From Callorhinchus milii (lineage: Eukaryota): a DNA stretch of 54,834 nucleotides. Under the pieces are notes generated by a model that had not been told where the DNA came from, did no database searches, and saw only the letters and a list, made by a program, of their open reading frames with translations. This document shows, in pieces, positions 1-15,000 of this stretch. Position numbers and translations under genes: made by a program. Numbering within the stretch: position 1 is the stretch's first letter; each line of letters starts with the position of its first letter. The stretch lies in the NCBI RefSeq assembly GCF_018977255.1, contig NW_024705314.1, positions 1 through 54,834 of the forward strand. Reading direction: 5' to 3'.

Positions 1-3000
1 CTCTCGACCTGCACGCGTTTTTTGTGTTGCGGTCTTAACCAGTACTCGTCAATGCTTGCTTCATAGCTTAACGTAGAAGATGGTTTCCCCATGTCATAAA
101 TGAAGCTCAGTATCATTCAACCCGCGTCTACAGTACGCGCGGTCGCGTCCCGTACTAAGGCTCAATCCGAGCGGTACGATACGTCCTGGTAGAGCTGCCT
201 GGGCCTAGGCTGGCAGATCTACAGATGTGGCGTCAATCTACGCTTCCTAACTAATACGTGATTGATTGTGGCGATACGATTCAGTGTCCTGGTTTCCCTG
301 CCAACTAGGGGATTTTAAAGCTATCCGAGCGAGATGGAATTAAAATATGAGGGCGGTACTATTGCAGAAAGATACTCAGGATGTGACTTATTATGCGGAT
401 CATCAACTCGACTACCCTTCATGTCGGGTGTTAAGGCCGGTTCTAACTTTGTGACCACTAGAAGTGCGATTGATATGTCTTGATTAGTCGAGCGTCCAGT
501 AAGATTATAATAACCGCGTCTAGCGGGATAGCGGCAACGCGAACGATTTTGCCTCGCACGGCTTTCAGGCTTGCCTGGCGAATCGCTTAGTCCCGGCTAG
601 ACGTAGTTGTAGCTCGTCAGAATAAGCTGCAGGGGATAGGCTTATAACCCAACCCGCTGTAGCCGTCGACTACCAAGTCTTGAATAGTTGTGTGTACGCA
701 ACTCTTTCCAAGTTTCTAGCCGACTAGCAACCTTCGTTCTATCGCCTAGAGACGCCCCGCGGCCCCAGAATTTAGGCGACTCCCACTCAGTCACCAAATG
801 CGGTTACACGTCCTCGCGTGTCCGGCGGGAGGAGGCCACGTTGAGTGGACGCGTGGGGACTGACACGGAGGAAGCGCTCTGTTGCACCCCCTCGGCTGCA
901 ACGCTTGTGATGCCTCGAGACGAGGTGATTTACGGGAGAACCATAACATACTCTTCTGGAAAGTGTGACATTACAATCGATGTGACGACCGTACAGGTCG
1001 TCTGAGCGCCTTTAGCTTATTGGGCAAAACGCGGGCATTATTAGCTTTGAATCCTCTATACCTGGGACTTGTAAAAAAATCGAAAATACACCATTCCGCG
1101 ATTCCGGACTTACGCACGTGGGGCTACGCAACCCCCCCGGATCGCGAGTTTACGTGCAAAACAGTGTTCGGGGATTCTGAGAGGTCTCGTCCAGTACCTC
1201 AATAACATTATACCAGGAGGTGTGACAGGCTGGCTAGCTGGATTGAGCGGTGTCGGCGAAAGAGGTCGCCTATTGCAACGGCCATTGTTATAACACAGCG
1301 TCGTCATTGACTTAGAAGCAGTGAGCTATCGTACATTCCTTAATTACCGCAATTTGTTAGGAGGTGGCGCGTGGGTAAGAATTATGCTCCTAATTCTCGC
1401 ACCGATCCAAAAGAGCGGGAGATTGGGGCGACTGATAGAATTGTGGCCAATATTGCGGAGCCTATTCCGGAACGCGGGCATAAGGACGATTATTTCAATT
1501 TGCGAAGACTGCAAGGCCAGTTTGCATGGTTGCATTGGGCAAACCCAGGAGGATGTTTCTGAAACAATCGATCGTGCAATAGAGGCTCATACGCTTGGAG
1601 TATACGTGCCCAGTAGACACGAGCTAGAGCCATATCCTGCGCGACGGAGCGACAGATCAGGTAGTTCAACTCGTGTACCCTCGACAATCTCCCGCACATT
1701 AGTTGCGCTACTGGCCGAGTACCTCCGGCTTCGTGAGAGGAGTACATCTTAGTGGTTAGCAAATTAATAATGGTAGAGACTGTTTCGTGCATTTTTACTT
1801 TAGATAGAGGTTCACCTCAGCTCAAAGTGGGGCCCTCAGTGGCGAGAAACCATCTCACCAGACATAAGGTATTCCAGTCAGTACTATGTGAATGAATGTC
1901 GCTGTGGGATTATTATAGGTCCACCTCACTCTGTAAGCCGACCCAATCTATCAAAGATGGCGTAGGCAGGACGTGCGTTGTTCATGAAGAGTGGATGATT
2001 CTCATTGTTATTTACTCAAGTGCGGCTAGCAATAGGTGCGGATTCCCAGCGCCTCACGCATACGGCACGTTAACAGGACGGACATGAGAGGAATTTCCTC
2101 AGACCATTAATTTGGGCGAAGCTCACACTTTGTTATGTATCGATATGCAGGACAAACGGCCGAATCTACGGCACGTCACGCTTTTTTTCTCGTTCATGAT
2201 GTCCGACCACAAGACATACGTTCTGGTGACGACATGTATCTCATGAAAGGGGTCCATTGTTGGTCAAGGCAGCTGCCGTGACGCCGCGTGTATGGCCCGC
2301 GACTAATGTCACCAGCTTCGGGGTAGTAACTATGGGCCCAAATTACTGAGTGACATATCTGTAGTTCGTAATGTTTGAATATTGAGGCACGAATGCCTCC
2401 TGGTCGAAGAACTACATGTGGCAAGAATGTTGTTGGTCTGCAATACGCCCTCGGCTCTTCCAGTCATAGAAAATAAAAAAACCGGCCGCTCTAAGCACGG
2501 TTACCCAGTAGGTGACACTCCCTCCTCCTGTAAGCGACGATAATAATTTGAGGGTTTACGGTATTCAATACGTCGCGATCACGTTAGCCGGTCTGCCACA
2601 CCAAGTCTTGATGTGGCTACTCCCGCTGAAAAGATCCGCGGGTCTTCGATGGAAGAAGATCTGCCCGTTTCCTAGAGGTAAACCCATTAGGAGGTAACTC
2701 CGGATCACTAGCTGGCACTAAAACCACCTTGAGTCCCGTAATAGCATAGGACCGAAATAGTCCTGTCATAAAGCGTCCGTTAGTATTCTAGTCGAGGGCC
2801 GGCATGTATGGGTCCTCTGTCCCGTCCTTAAGTAGATATGACTCATCCACAATCGCGGGTTCTTTAAATGCATAGGAGTGTATTAAGAGTAGAGAAAGGT
2901 ACAAACATACTCCGGACCATCCTTTATTGGACTAAACCATACAGAATCAAACACTCCGTGCTGCCCTAACAAACTTAGAACACTGGAGCATCGTTATAGT

Positions 3001-6000
3001 CTATCGGCAGTTTTCTGGTCACAAAAACTGTATGGGGTAGCTGGAACTGCCCTACGGTGGCTGGATGAGTACCAATCACAATGGCAGTATACATTGTTTC
3101 CGGTGAACGCTTGTATGTCGCCGGCTACATGATAGGGTCTACGCCATGTGAGTGTTCAGTGCATTATTTCGTACGGTTCTGGTTATCGTCGCAGTTACGG
3201 CAAAAGATCAGTGCACACTAAATCGATAACGAGGACCACCCTTATGCGAATTCTTGCCAATTACGGAATTTCACTCACGGAGAACTCAAACGAAGTACCC
3301 CTATGGGTACTGTTTCATCTGAAAGTTGATAGGCTGGGGAAGCAATTGGGTTGGGAGTATTAAGTGGCACCCCCAAGAATGCGGTATTTGCGCTGAGCAT
3401 GTGACGAAACATTCACGCTGGGTTGGGCGCCGGGTTCTCCTCTTTGCGGAACCACGGACCCTAATTCCTCAGTTCAGGCTACAGTAGACACTGAGCGATG
3501 CCCCTTGATTGCGCCAAATTGCGACAACCGGGCTTATTCGGTATGCCCAGTAATCGAATCATCCGAGCGGCGGGGCGGTTTTTACCCGGGCCCATTATGC
3601 GAGTAGGAAGGGATACCTTAGGGACCCCGGTCCTGGCAGCAAGCGGGTTTATCCAGTTTTGAGGTCGGCTGGACAGCAAACGGGCAACCCGATCTCAGGA
3701 TGCCTCGTGCACAACATAAGTATCGCACTCATTGCTTACCCAGCGTTGGGATGGAGAGCCGTGGCTTTATGATACTCCACGCAACGAGTGTATAGGCTGT
3801 AAACAACTGATGCCGTGCTGGAGGTAGGCGGCTTTCGGGTCCAACTGTACGAAGAATCTAAGAGAACACTTATGGACGATATGATTTTAGGGATTCGTCT
3901 GAAATCCTAGAAACGACTCATTATACCGCCATCACTCGTAACGACAAACGCTATAGCACTCTTCCTCCGTTGGAAAATTCTACAGAACCTAGGGCTCCTA
4001 CCTGCGACTCATCCGAGTCGTTGAGAACATGGCAGCTGAGTCTGACCGAAGATCTCTTATTATATCGCGCCAAGCGGACTTGCACTCCATGCTAGTATGC
4101 CTTTTACAGAAAGACATTTAAAGTCCTTTAGGTCCCGACCTGGAGGGGTTGTTGCACCGATGGATAACCTGGGTCTTCTTCTGAGAATTTGACACAGTTT
4201 ACCGAGTCCCTCGCCTGGACGGAACGAAGTGCAGCCGTCAAAATTATGTAGGACGCTGGAGGTTGCCCCAACTCTGGCGCGTGTATCTAGATATGCAACA
4301 CCAAATACGACTCACTATTGGTTGTGGCGTTTGTGAGCTTCTGAGACACAGGTGGGCGCCGAGTTTGAGTAAATCCGTAGGTTCCCGTAGAGTAGTAGGA
4401 GGTTCCGATCGAATGAAGGAGTAAATACTATAATGGACAAGGCCCGGCAATCTCACGCCGCGATACGCGCCCATCTTCACAAGTCAATGATGAAACGTCC
4501 TCCAGACTTATCGATACACGTAATTTGTTAACAAGGATGTAGAGCTTAGAATGATAAATCGACATGAGTACTCGGGGTGCAAATAACGTTATGTGGCCCA
4601 GACGTCAGTTGGGTGTGTAATTAACCCTGCATAGCTTTGCTGCGTTGCTACGCGGGCATATCTGCAATAACCAGAACTCAATAATAACTTCGCTTGATTC
4701 CCCGCCTCCTGGCCCTTGATTGTACGACTAGTACGAAACACGTCAGCCTTCTTGGCCCACGGATTTCCAAGTGGCGCCACCTGAGGTGTTCCCGGTAGGG
4801 TTCCACAATGCTAAACGATGAAATTATGACCGTCCAAACTCACAGGTATACTCCAAAGCCCCAGTAAATTTCCCACAAGGTTATCTACCAAACTTTTACA
4901 ATTTATTATCCTCGCGCCTGGAGGTTTGTTTGATAAGCCGATATCAGCTGACCTTGAAAGGAGGCAGAGTGCCTGGTCAACTTAACAAAGGAGATCGGCA
5001 ATATCGTCAAGCAACGACGCCCTGCTTCATCTCCTGTTGTAGCAACCCGGTTGGCATTACCGGCAGTACGCGACTTTCGCAGAAGTTTTATCTGTCCGTT
5101 TTGGCTAAAAGTCGGATGTCCCACCGCACTGGACGCAACAATTACGATATCGCAATGTTATCTATTTACGTTAGGAAGGGCTCAAGCCTGGGATTCTAGT
5201 ATCTTTCACTCCCCGTCGGTAGCCCCCCCGAATCAAATTAAATCCGCGTTGTACGTGACTTAGTTCTATGCTAAGCAGTAAGATATCCCATGTACTGCGA
5301 GTAGTAGCGTCAGGTCAGTCCGATAATAGCTGAGGTTACCATCGAACGCAGATGGTGCACGCCCTTTGTTCCAACTAACGGAGGAAATGACATGCGTTAG
5401 TATGAGTCTTAAGTCGATACAATACCTCAGATAATCATAAATCCTGGGTTGGTTCACCTCACTATGAGATTTATCTCCATAACTATAGAAAGCCCTACTA
5501 TACCGTAAGAAATTCAAACAACGTGAATACAGCAGATGGTCAGTCCGAGCTAAGTGAGTAGTGATATGGGACCCTTCGAAGCATCGGACCCATTACTAAA
5601 GAGGGACAGGACTCCTACCAAAAGTAAACATAACCGGCCTACATCCGGCGATGATCGGTGATTATACACGGGTTCTACAGTACCAAAGACATCACACACT
5701 GAAGCTTTAAATACTGCGATTGCTAACGCACTGCGATACCAATAATCAACATCATGGTGAGCTGGACGTCTCTACGACGAGTCAAGGAACGAGTTCTGAG
5801 GCAAGCGATAATATACTGCACGCATGACTTCTGTCTGTATTCTATCTGTGCACCAACCAGGGGGCAGGGCCAGAGAAAGTAGACATAAAACTATATCATA
5901 CCCCGGGTCTGGGCTTTGCTCCGTGTAGATACCGTCCCTACGAGCTCAAATTTCATAAGCGCCCGGTTTATCTCTGATCAATAAAACTATTTGTTCACCA

Positions 6001-9000
6001 GCGAGAATCGAGCAAGAATAAGCCAGGTTAGGTCCTAAATCTGGAATAACCTACAGCATTTACACTCGATTAGTTGCGAGTACTAGGCCAGGTCCCTTAT
6101 GCAAAAAAAATATGGAGCGAAGGCTCTTATTGTATCACTCATAGGACCTCAGTCCTTATCGCAAATACCACGAAAACATTACACAATTGTATAAATGGAT
6201 CTTATCTTTTAAAGTGTCGCAGGATAAAAGTATCTTACAGACTGAATAGCGCTTTCTGCGCCAAGCATCAAATTCCTAACCTGGAAGTAGACAAAATCAT
6301 ACTCTGACCAGAGATCAATTAAGGGAGGAAAACGTAAGGGCAGTAATATCGCAACAAGCGGCCGGGTGGTGGAGAGCTGTCAAACTATATGTCGTTGCTG
6401 GGCGCTGCGGCAAGATTGAACGGGGAGATAGAGAGGGGACCTCAGGCACTATATGTGCAGGGGAGTATGTTGTAATTCTGCGTCAGTCGGTTTTGGTTCC
6501 TATTACAAACAAGGAGTCTCGTGCGACCCCGTTACTGCTTGCTAGTCGACGCCCCCCCGCGTACGTCGTCTCTTCTTCGCTCGCGAGAAGAGATCTAAAC
6601 TTTCATGATTTTTTACAGCACCAGGGTGAGATTAGCATGCACTGCGCATGATGGCATGATCATTTTAATGCAGCTTGTTCATCCAATCGGGGGCAGGTGA
6701 GAGACTTAAGCGTGCAATTATTCAATGCATCTCGGTAAGTCCATAGGCACCCGTTAGATTAAAGCCCGCTTCAACCAGCAACAAGAAACTAAAGAGGCCT
6801 GTTAGCTGAGCCTAGAGTCGCCGGGAACCCCGCTGTTCAAACCTTACTTCTGTTCTTTCATATATGCATGAAAAGTTTTCAGCAAGGCGCTTGATCGGCG
6901 TGATAGCAGAAGATTGGAAGGCGGCTAATGACTAGTAGATTCGAAGCCGAGGGGCTATTAGCTGAGGCAACGGATACCAAACTATTCAAATTTTTAGGCA
7001 GTGACAAGGGGTTGACCCCTATGATATCGGATGCGCGAAGCTAGCCGGTTATGCACTGTTCCGGACCATTCTGAAAGTGGGGGATGGAATGCATCAACGC
7101 GTTCTGAAGCTGAAATGTTGGCTAGGTAGGAGGACTATATTGTACCAAACGGCCTTATCACAGTGCAACAGGCCCAATTATACTCGTGTCAGAGAAGACA
7201 CGGTTCGTGCAGACTGGGGACTAACCGAACGGCCATATACGCTGCACTGGCGTGCGAGCATTTTCGGTTCGCCAAAAACAGTTCAACCCACCTTCCAGCT
7301 CGCGGAAGATTAGTACCCCGAGTTGGGCCGATCCGCAAGGACTTGTGTTGTCATCTCGGATCCTCTAGTTTGTCCATGACCTAAGTGAATTTCCGACCGG
7401 GGACTATATAGTAGTGCGCTCTAGTCCTTCTTACAGACGATTCGAGAGAATCGTTGAGCTAATCAGGTATAATGTGGTGAACAAATGAGGAACGTAAAAT
7501 AACCCGAAGCACTCTAAACTATCTCGTACGCGCAGCTGCTCAGTGATGAATCAAATATAAAGGAGCGGTCTAAAGCTATTGATCCATGTCTGGCCGATTA
7601 GGCAGAGTGTATGATGAATCAGCATAACGGTCGTTCTGGGCGAAGCCCCGCTGTGGTCACGGGTGACGTCCGAGGGGCACTGGCTAACCTGAGGGCCAGG
7701 AGGAAGGGTCCTGTTTGGTAGACAGCAGCGGGATAAGTCGTACTCGAAGATCGTTCTGGTATCAAGAAGCCTCTTGAGAAATCCACGTTGCCCCGCGTGA
7801 AGGTGTAAAGTGGAATCCGCACCAATTTTTTCCTCCGGTTATGCGTCATTTGGGGCCGCTGAAATGACTCCGTTCCCCAGAAGTGCGTACACGTCACTGC
7901 GAGGCATAGTGCAAGTAGCTTCACAGACACTCGAACGAGGGACCTTCCATTTGCTCCAAAGTTAGTTGTCGGTCCGTGCTGCGCTAAATGTTCTATACGA
8001 GCAACTGTTTAGATGTCTGAGGTACAGCGTTACCTTGACGTGGATTATCTCACGCCCGGGTACGAAACATCCTCTAACCACGTGCAACATTCGGACCTTG
8101 ATTCAAACCGCAACAAAACTTACTTCATCGCGTCTAGCGCAGCAAATTTATTCACAGCAACGGTCCACCATGTCTGCCACCGCTACAGCTCCGATACCCG
8201 GGGATACTTCAGTGCGTCACACGCCAGTCCTCTCTTTGTTCATGGTGTATAGTCCTCAGCATAAAACATTAAAAGTAAGTGATATTCGGCACCCATATCC
8301 CAAATTACGACTGGGGTTTCTAGTTCGGGCGGTACCACGGCCGCTGATATGTGGAAAATTCGCTTAATCCACAGGCCAGACAGAGGAACACGTCATAATA
8401 CCACAAAACCATATAATCATAGTCACCTCTCTGAATCTCCCTATGCAGACCACCGCTCTGTGGCAAGATCGGACCCACCACCGACGTGAGATTCTGTCCC
8501 CGTGTTCAGTCTACGGCGTCTCTAGGGAATATGTCTAGCATCTAGGCCTGCTATCAAACACCGTGTGAAGAAAAGACCCCAGTGCCAGTGCGTCGGAGAA
8601 AGGCCAACGCCCCTGCGATCCCTTCCTCAACGAAATAGCGCTATGGCGCCTGCCAGCAACAAGCACCCAGTAGCAAAAGTCATCCAGGCATCTCTGTGTA
8701 AACAGTCCGTAAAGCCCGTCTAGCGATATTACCTTTGTCCAAGCTGAAACGCGGGTGCGAGTAGGGCATATTTGCACATTATACTGTGAAGCTCCTGTCG
8801 GCGAAATGCTGTCTCGAGTTTTGTTCTACCAGCGCCTGGAATTAGAACGCTAAAGGTCAGGTCCTTGTTGGTAGTACATAACCGCTGGGTGCGGTCTCAC
8901 ACTACGTTACAGGGAAGGAACCACCAGTATGGGTATATACACGTTGGTTTAACAGTGAACCTGCCGAGAACAAGTCCACTGCCCAACTATGGTGCCGTGA

Positions 9001-12000
9001 GTCTTTGGGGCGCGTAGCTTCCAATTCGCTGTGAAATAACATAGCTACGAACGATACATATGGGACAATCCCAATTTACCGGGGAAAAGCGACAGACATA
9101 GTAACGTCGTGAAGGTTACATTACTCGTTAGGTTGTTGCTGACGACAATAGTCCTAAGCGTACATGTACCCCGCTCAATCTTGATTACAATTTCTCTGTC
9201 CAGCGCCGGTGGGAAGGTGCAGCAGCGAGCTTATTGTGCGTGGAAAGCCGGAGAATATAAGTGTTACTTATGAAGCGTTTGGCGGACAACGAACTCATTG
9301 TGCAAATCCGAAGATATGTACCTTATTGCGTGAAGCGCGGCACGTAAGGAGCGATTCGTCTAGGCTTGTCCGCGGCCAGTTCGTAGAATACCTGCCAACC
9401 AGGTAGATGAAAACACCTGCTAGAAGGAGATTCGGTCAGCTAGCTGGGGTGCATAATCAGCTTACTAACGGGTGCCAGCCCCTTTGGAGGGTAACACAAT
9501 TACCTCAAGCCCGCACACGGCTTTTGCGGATGCTCGGGAGACTTCCTGGAGTGGGTACACGACACACCATCTCACAACCTGTTTATCGGGTGCACTAAAC
9601 TATGATAAATACTCTAGGCCTTCCACGCTTATCGTTAGTCTCCTAGTTTCGTTGCCAGCGCAATATGCACAGGAGATCCGACCAGGCGTACATAGTTAAG
9701 TCGCTACAGGAAATTGGTCAATGGCTCATTAATCACAGCTGATCTACTGGCCTTTTCTTCAAGCAGGAATCGCACCAGGAGAAGATACCGTGTCACTACT
9801 TGGGCATGTACCTAGTTTGTTTAACGTAAACTGAAGGGAGACCACCTGCGCCCTTTTTCCCACACCACCCCCAGGTGTTGTGCCGGGTTCACAATCCACC
9901 GGCTACGTGATACACATAAGAATAACGCTACCATAAATTGCTGATATTCGTGGTATACTCATTGTCCCCAGGAACCGGGTTGGAAAGACCCTTGCGCTTC
10001 TTTCTCGGTGTCAGTGGGCAGAGGTGCAATATAAGCGCTGCGGCGTAAATATCGGAGCGGAACTGACAAGCGGATTGTAATAACCGAAATGTTCTTAATC
10101 TGGTCCTACACTAAGGTGTGGGAGGCGCGTCAGTACGGCGAAATATTAATAGGTGAACATCGAGATGGAGGCCCATCGTCTCTATCACTACGTAGTAATT
10201 GCGTTGCCGGGTGTAGCTGGGAAATAGCAACTGGTCTGCATTGGAATCAAAATCTAGGGGGAAGTATCCGATGCATGGGGGCTGCGGCCAAACTCGATCA
10301 AAGGTGACGCAAAAGCTAAGACCTTGGTGCAATATGCCAGAACCAAAAATGTCACTCGCGAGGCCGGTTAATCTAAGCAGGGGAGATCTAGACCTAGCTA
10401 CATGGGAAAAACTGGGAGTACAAGCGAAACTCGCAACTTTGAGCACCTACGTAGAATGCGTGCTGGTAACTCATCTACTACGACGTTGAATACAAATCCC
10501 GCCCACCACAGTACTCGTCCCGCCAGCCGATCGATCGAGTGGAGGTACTCGCTAGGATATGGCTCTGTCGTTTTGCAGCACAATAGACCAAGTTTTTCAG
10601 GGAACCGGTATTACACCCGGACCTCGCGTGCCGACCCCGACCATTAGAACGGCACCAGTATATGCACTACTAGCCGCGGGTACTATTTGCACGCCTTGTA
10701 ACGTTAAATGTTGATATACTGCCGCCATTGTAATGCAACATTTGCTGTGACCCAAATCCCATCAATTGTGTTTCCACCTTTGCATTATATGCCCGGAATC
10801 TCCCAGAGTATGAACGTAGCTTCAAAAAAGCAGGAGAAGTGGTTGCTGGCTAGGAACTCAGTCCCAAACTGAAGCAGATCGCGGAGGTTCGAGTCATCAG
10901 CTATTCCACCATCCCTCCAGTTAGCTAATATAGGTCACACCCACATGAGCCTCCTCAATGTGATGATAGAAAGCTACTCGTGACCATAACAGCAACTTCG
11001 TTCTTCTACACTAAGGGGTAGGGACCCCATCGGCAGTGTCCGTGGTGATCGTCAACCATTCTCCGCTACAGTCTAACCGGTTTAATGTCTGGAAGTCAAG
11101 AACGAAGAAATTATCGGGGGATCGAAAGAGAGTCGATAGTATTACGCTGCGGTGTCTCTCACTACATATGTCAGACGTGGTCCAGTATTTACTATGTATT
11201 GACACTGGTGCCCCATTCTTCGTACTATGTCTATAGGAATACTAAGAGACGTAGCGAGCGACTGTATCTCAATAAGGGCCATCACTACTAGCTTGATCAT
11301 AGGGATTGCTCACTCTGTTAGGGTTACCTGTGCCCTATGATAACGTCGCTACAACACATGCGGCCAAGTAGTAGTGACTAAGTTTAGTCCCGCTTGCACC
11401 ACGTAGAAAAATGGCTTAGCGGACGCAGTGAAGTACCTTCCTGCTATTAACTTGCACTTGCCCGGGTGCTCCTGTACGCTCCTCATCTAGTAGAGCCCAG
11501 TCTCGGTCGCATATCTAATCGGTGGGGCCATCTCGTATGGGCGATCTCCGGCCTGTTCAAAGGTCGACCACCTTTATCTAGCACATGCGATATACAAGCT
11601 TTTACATTGGTAACAAGGAAACATTGTTCAATCTACTTAGTGTGGGGATTCCTCAAATGCCTCCCAAGCTCAATCCTGGGATAGGGTAAGAATTCCACTA
11701 TTTAAGTGGGTGTTGAAAAAGCGAGTGTATCAAAATCCTTAGGCAGCGGCCAATCTTCACACTGACAGCTGAAGGCAGGGTACACCGTCTGGTAGGGAAC
11801 CAAGAGACAAGGGGCTTAGAAAATGCACACCCAGACTCGGTTCTCCACAGGAAGGGCATTTAATTCCATGCACGAAACAGAACGTCGCTTCCTGGCGATA
11901 AATCCCAGTGTAGACAGAATTATGAGAATCGACTCGGTTGTATCTTTTACTCGCTTCGGTGCAGGTGTCGCTATGCAGTGTCGGTCCACGCTTTAGGCAG

Positions 12001-15000
12001 TCGCCATCCCACGGGCTTGCGAAGACATCCTTGCATTGCACCAACAAGCGCTTGGCTACTACCACTGCATCTGTCAGCTGAAATGGATTGCCCTACTACA
12101 AAGACGACGGCGCCGACACCTCTGGGCCTAATACCGCTTTTCGTCGCGCGTGGCGACGGGCGTTCTGAATTGGTGAATTCCGGGACCACACTTTAGGGTC
12201 TGCAGACAAGTTACGGTCGGGACGTTGGCTTCCTGAGTACCATAATGGGCCAGACCGTCACCTTTCTTTGGTTATGGAGCGGGTGGCCACTGGTACTTAA
12301 TCTATTCGGATGAAGAAACGTTCTGTAAGGGACCGCTAGTCTGCCTTTAGATTCATCTATAGTACGCACTCCGACAAGGCGGAATCATACACGATCGCGC
12401 AGTATGGTTATCGGGCAATCCATAAGGGTTTTTTGGTGCTTACAGCGTCCGTCAAGGATCAGCGCTTTGTAAGATTCCGGACAAAAGGAACTATCCGTTC
12501 AACGACGGAGCCTTCGTCTAGATGTGTCAGGTCCGATTCCCACCCCCTTTCCTCAATACAGTTGCATCAGCTGAACCTTATCATGGTGCTTACTCGCCAT
12601 GAATCAAACCTCTTCCCCGCGCAGTGTAGGCCCAGTGGGAAGCGACGACTCTTGGTTTTCTAGTTGCTTGCGTCGTAGGGGGGCCCGGTTACTATGTCAG
12701 TGTTACCCCTAGTCTCTGGACGAATATAACCGGTACCCTTTCGTAAGGATGACGTCGAATCACGACGTTACGCTAGGGCTGATCAGTGGACATTCCCTCC
12801 CGAGATGTGCACGCCTCTAAATAGAAACCAACGGTACCCGTAGGGTACAGTACACGGTTTATGAGCCAAACCAGAGTGAGGTAAGGGGCCATATCAATCA
12901 TCGGGTAAGCTCTGATGACCATTCCACATTGAAGAAGAATAAGTCTGCGCCCTAAGGTTTCTCATACGGCGTAGCCCAGCGTCCCAACTTAAGCTACGTC
13001 GGTGATCCAGGCAGTTAAAACTTTTCGCAATTGATGAATGGTTCATTCTGAAAATTGAAATGACTATCAATAAGCCTGACTGAAGTTTGCTCGAGAGCTC
13101 CGACGAGCGGCCCACCTGCTACGTAATAAGCCTTTAGTACAGGCTTCAGTGTGCGGACCGATAGGTCAATATGCCACTACTTCCAGCGGCACAGGAAGTA
13201 TGCAGAGATTTTAAGTCGAGTGGCGAGTTTCCTCTAAAGAATCGTCACAAGCCACGACTGTGACGGTTCAACAAAGAACCCTCCGCCTCTTGTGTATCAC
13301 CTGTATCGGTTAAGGGCTCACACTCACCGCCGTGTATTTAAATTGAATAGCTAATCATTAATCGCGCACCCTACTAGAAGATTCATAATATGCTTTCCTT
13401 GCGGAAGCACTGGTGTCCATGGCAGTAAGGCGAATACACGTTGCCATGGACACGATGACTGAGGCAATTTGTGCCATCCGACGGCGCGGCTGAAGCGCTT
13501 CGAAATGCTAACCCGATAACAATACAATAATTCTCCTCTTTCACTCAACCAAGATCCGCCTGCGCTACTGTTCATCGGACCCCATAGAGCACTGTAATCG
13601 AGGAGACGGGCGTCGGTTTTGTCTTAGGCAGCCCGAACAGGGAAAATGGGTGCCACCGCAGTGAAAATCAGGTTAGTGAACTCTGAATACATGTAGATCA
13701 ATATTGTTGTCGGATTGTCGCTGACGTCCAAAACAAACAAATCATACCTAAACACTGGGATTTTGGCCAAGAAGTTTATGACTGACTTCCCGTTCGCCTT
13801 GCCGTCACGTTTGGATGATCGTCCAAGTGAGCCGCCCAGTGGAGTTGTGATCTTACTTGGCCCGCACGGGAGCACTGATCCACCGTTCGTAGGTAGATGC
13901 TCTTCTCAGGAGATTTATGAGTTCCTAGTCAATCACAACGAAGTCGATATGCACATCGAGAAAAGGCAAGACTAATAAGAAACTTACCGGAGGGTCCACG
14001 TGGTAGGAAACCGCGACCCCGTAGATGGGTATTCGCGTCTAAGGTGGTTGGGCTTTTTAAAGTGTTTCAAGGGACGCTAAATATGTGTGCTGCGTGCGGT
14101 CCCTGTGTGCGACTAAGGGGAAATTGACTGGTCATGGCGTTATCGTGCCTAGCCGCTAGGATTCAGCTGGAAATATACTAGAAGAGGTATAACACCAATA
14201 GTGGCTTCGGGACCTGGAGCTTCGAGACGCGCCGGTCCTTGGACGAGCGCAACTGTAGGCCGTTAGCCGGCCCGGGCTCTCCCGAGAACCATATTATTTA
14301 ACAGACCTGCGCGTACCAGGGCGTCGGTTATACGGGTTAGGTCACTTACTTCGTACCCAGACAGTGGGGTATGTAGTAGGCCGTCTGTTTAGATAGGCGT
14401 ACCGGGGAGAGTAGCTGGCAGAAGATGTCGGGGCAGGCTCATGTCATGCACCCTGTTACAACCGCCCGTGTTCGGCTCAGCCGAGGACGTTGTGTAAAAT
14501 CAACGCCAGCATAAGTTCCCGTGCTCACAGCAATAATACATAGAACCGTACGGGCTCTTTTGACCCCTACATTTGGCTCGCTGTCTGTGATCTTTGGATA
14601 AACTGACTAACCCTGGAAGGGCGCGACTATAATTAAAGAGTCCCTCTCATAAGCTGATGAGAACCCTTCAGCGCAATGGAACAGAGATGTCTAGGTGAAT
14701 GTACGGAATCTTTCCTATTTAAAGAATCTAAGTTTGTAATGCTGCATTATTCGTATTACGTAGAGGAGCAGAGTATGCGTGGCCACATTGGACGTGATTC
14801 CTACATGTAAGGCCCTCCCTTATTTCCACTTGTCACGAAGGGAGGCTTGCCTCGGCATATTTTGAAAGGCCTGACATGGATATCTCCATAACTTCCGCCC
14901 ACTCCGCTCTGCCTCTGATCTACATATGTTGTGGTTTTGTTTCCGCCATCTGGGGTGATACCATTCCACTTCACCGAATTCCATTTGGCCTATACCTTTA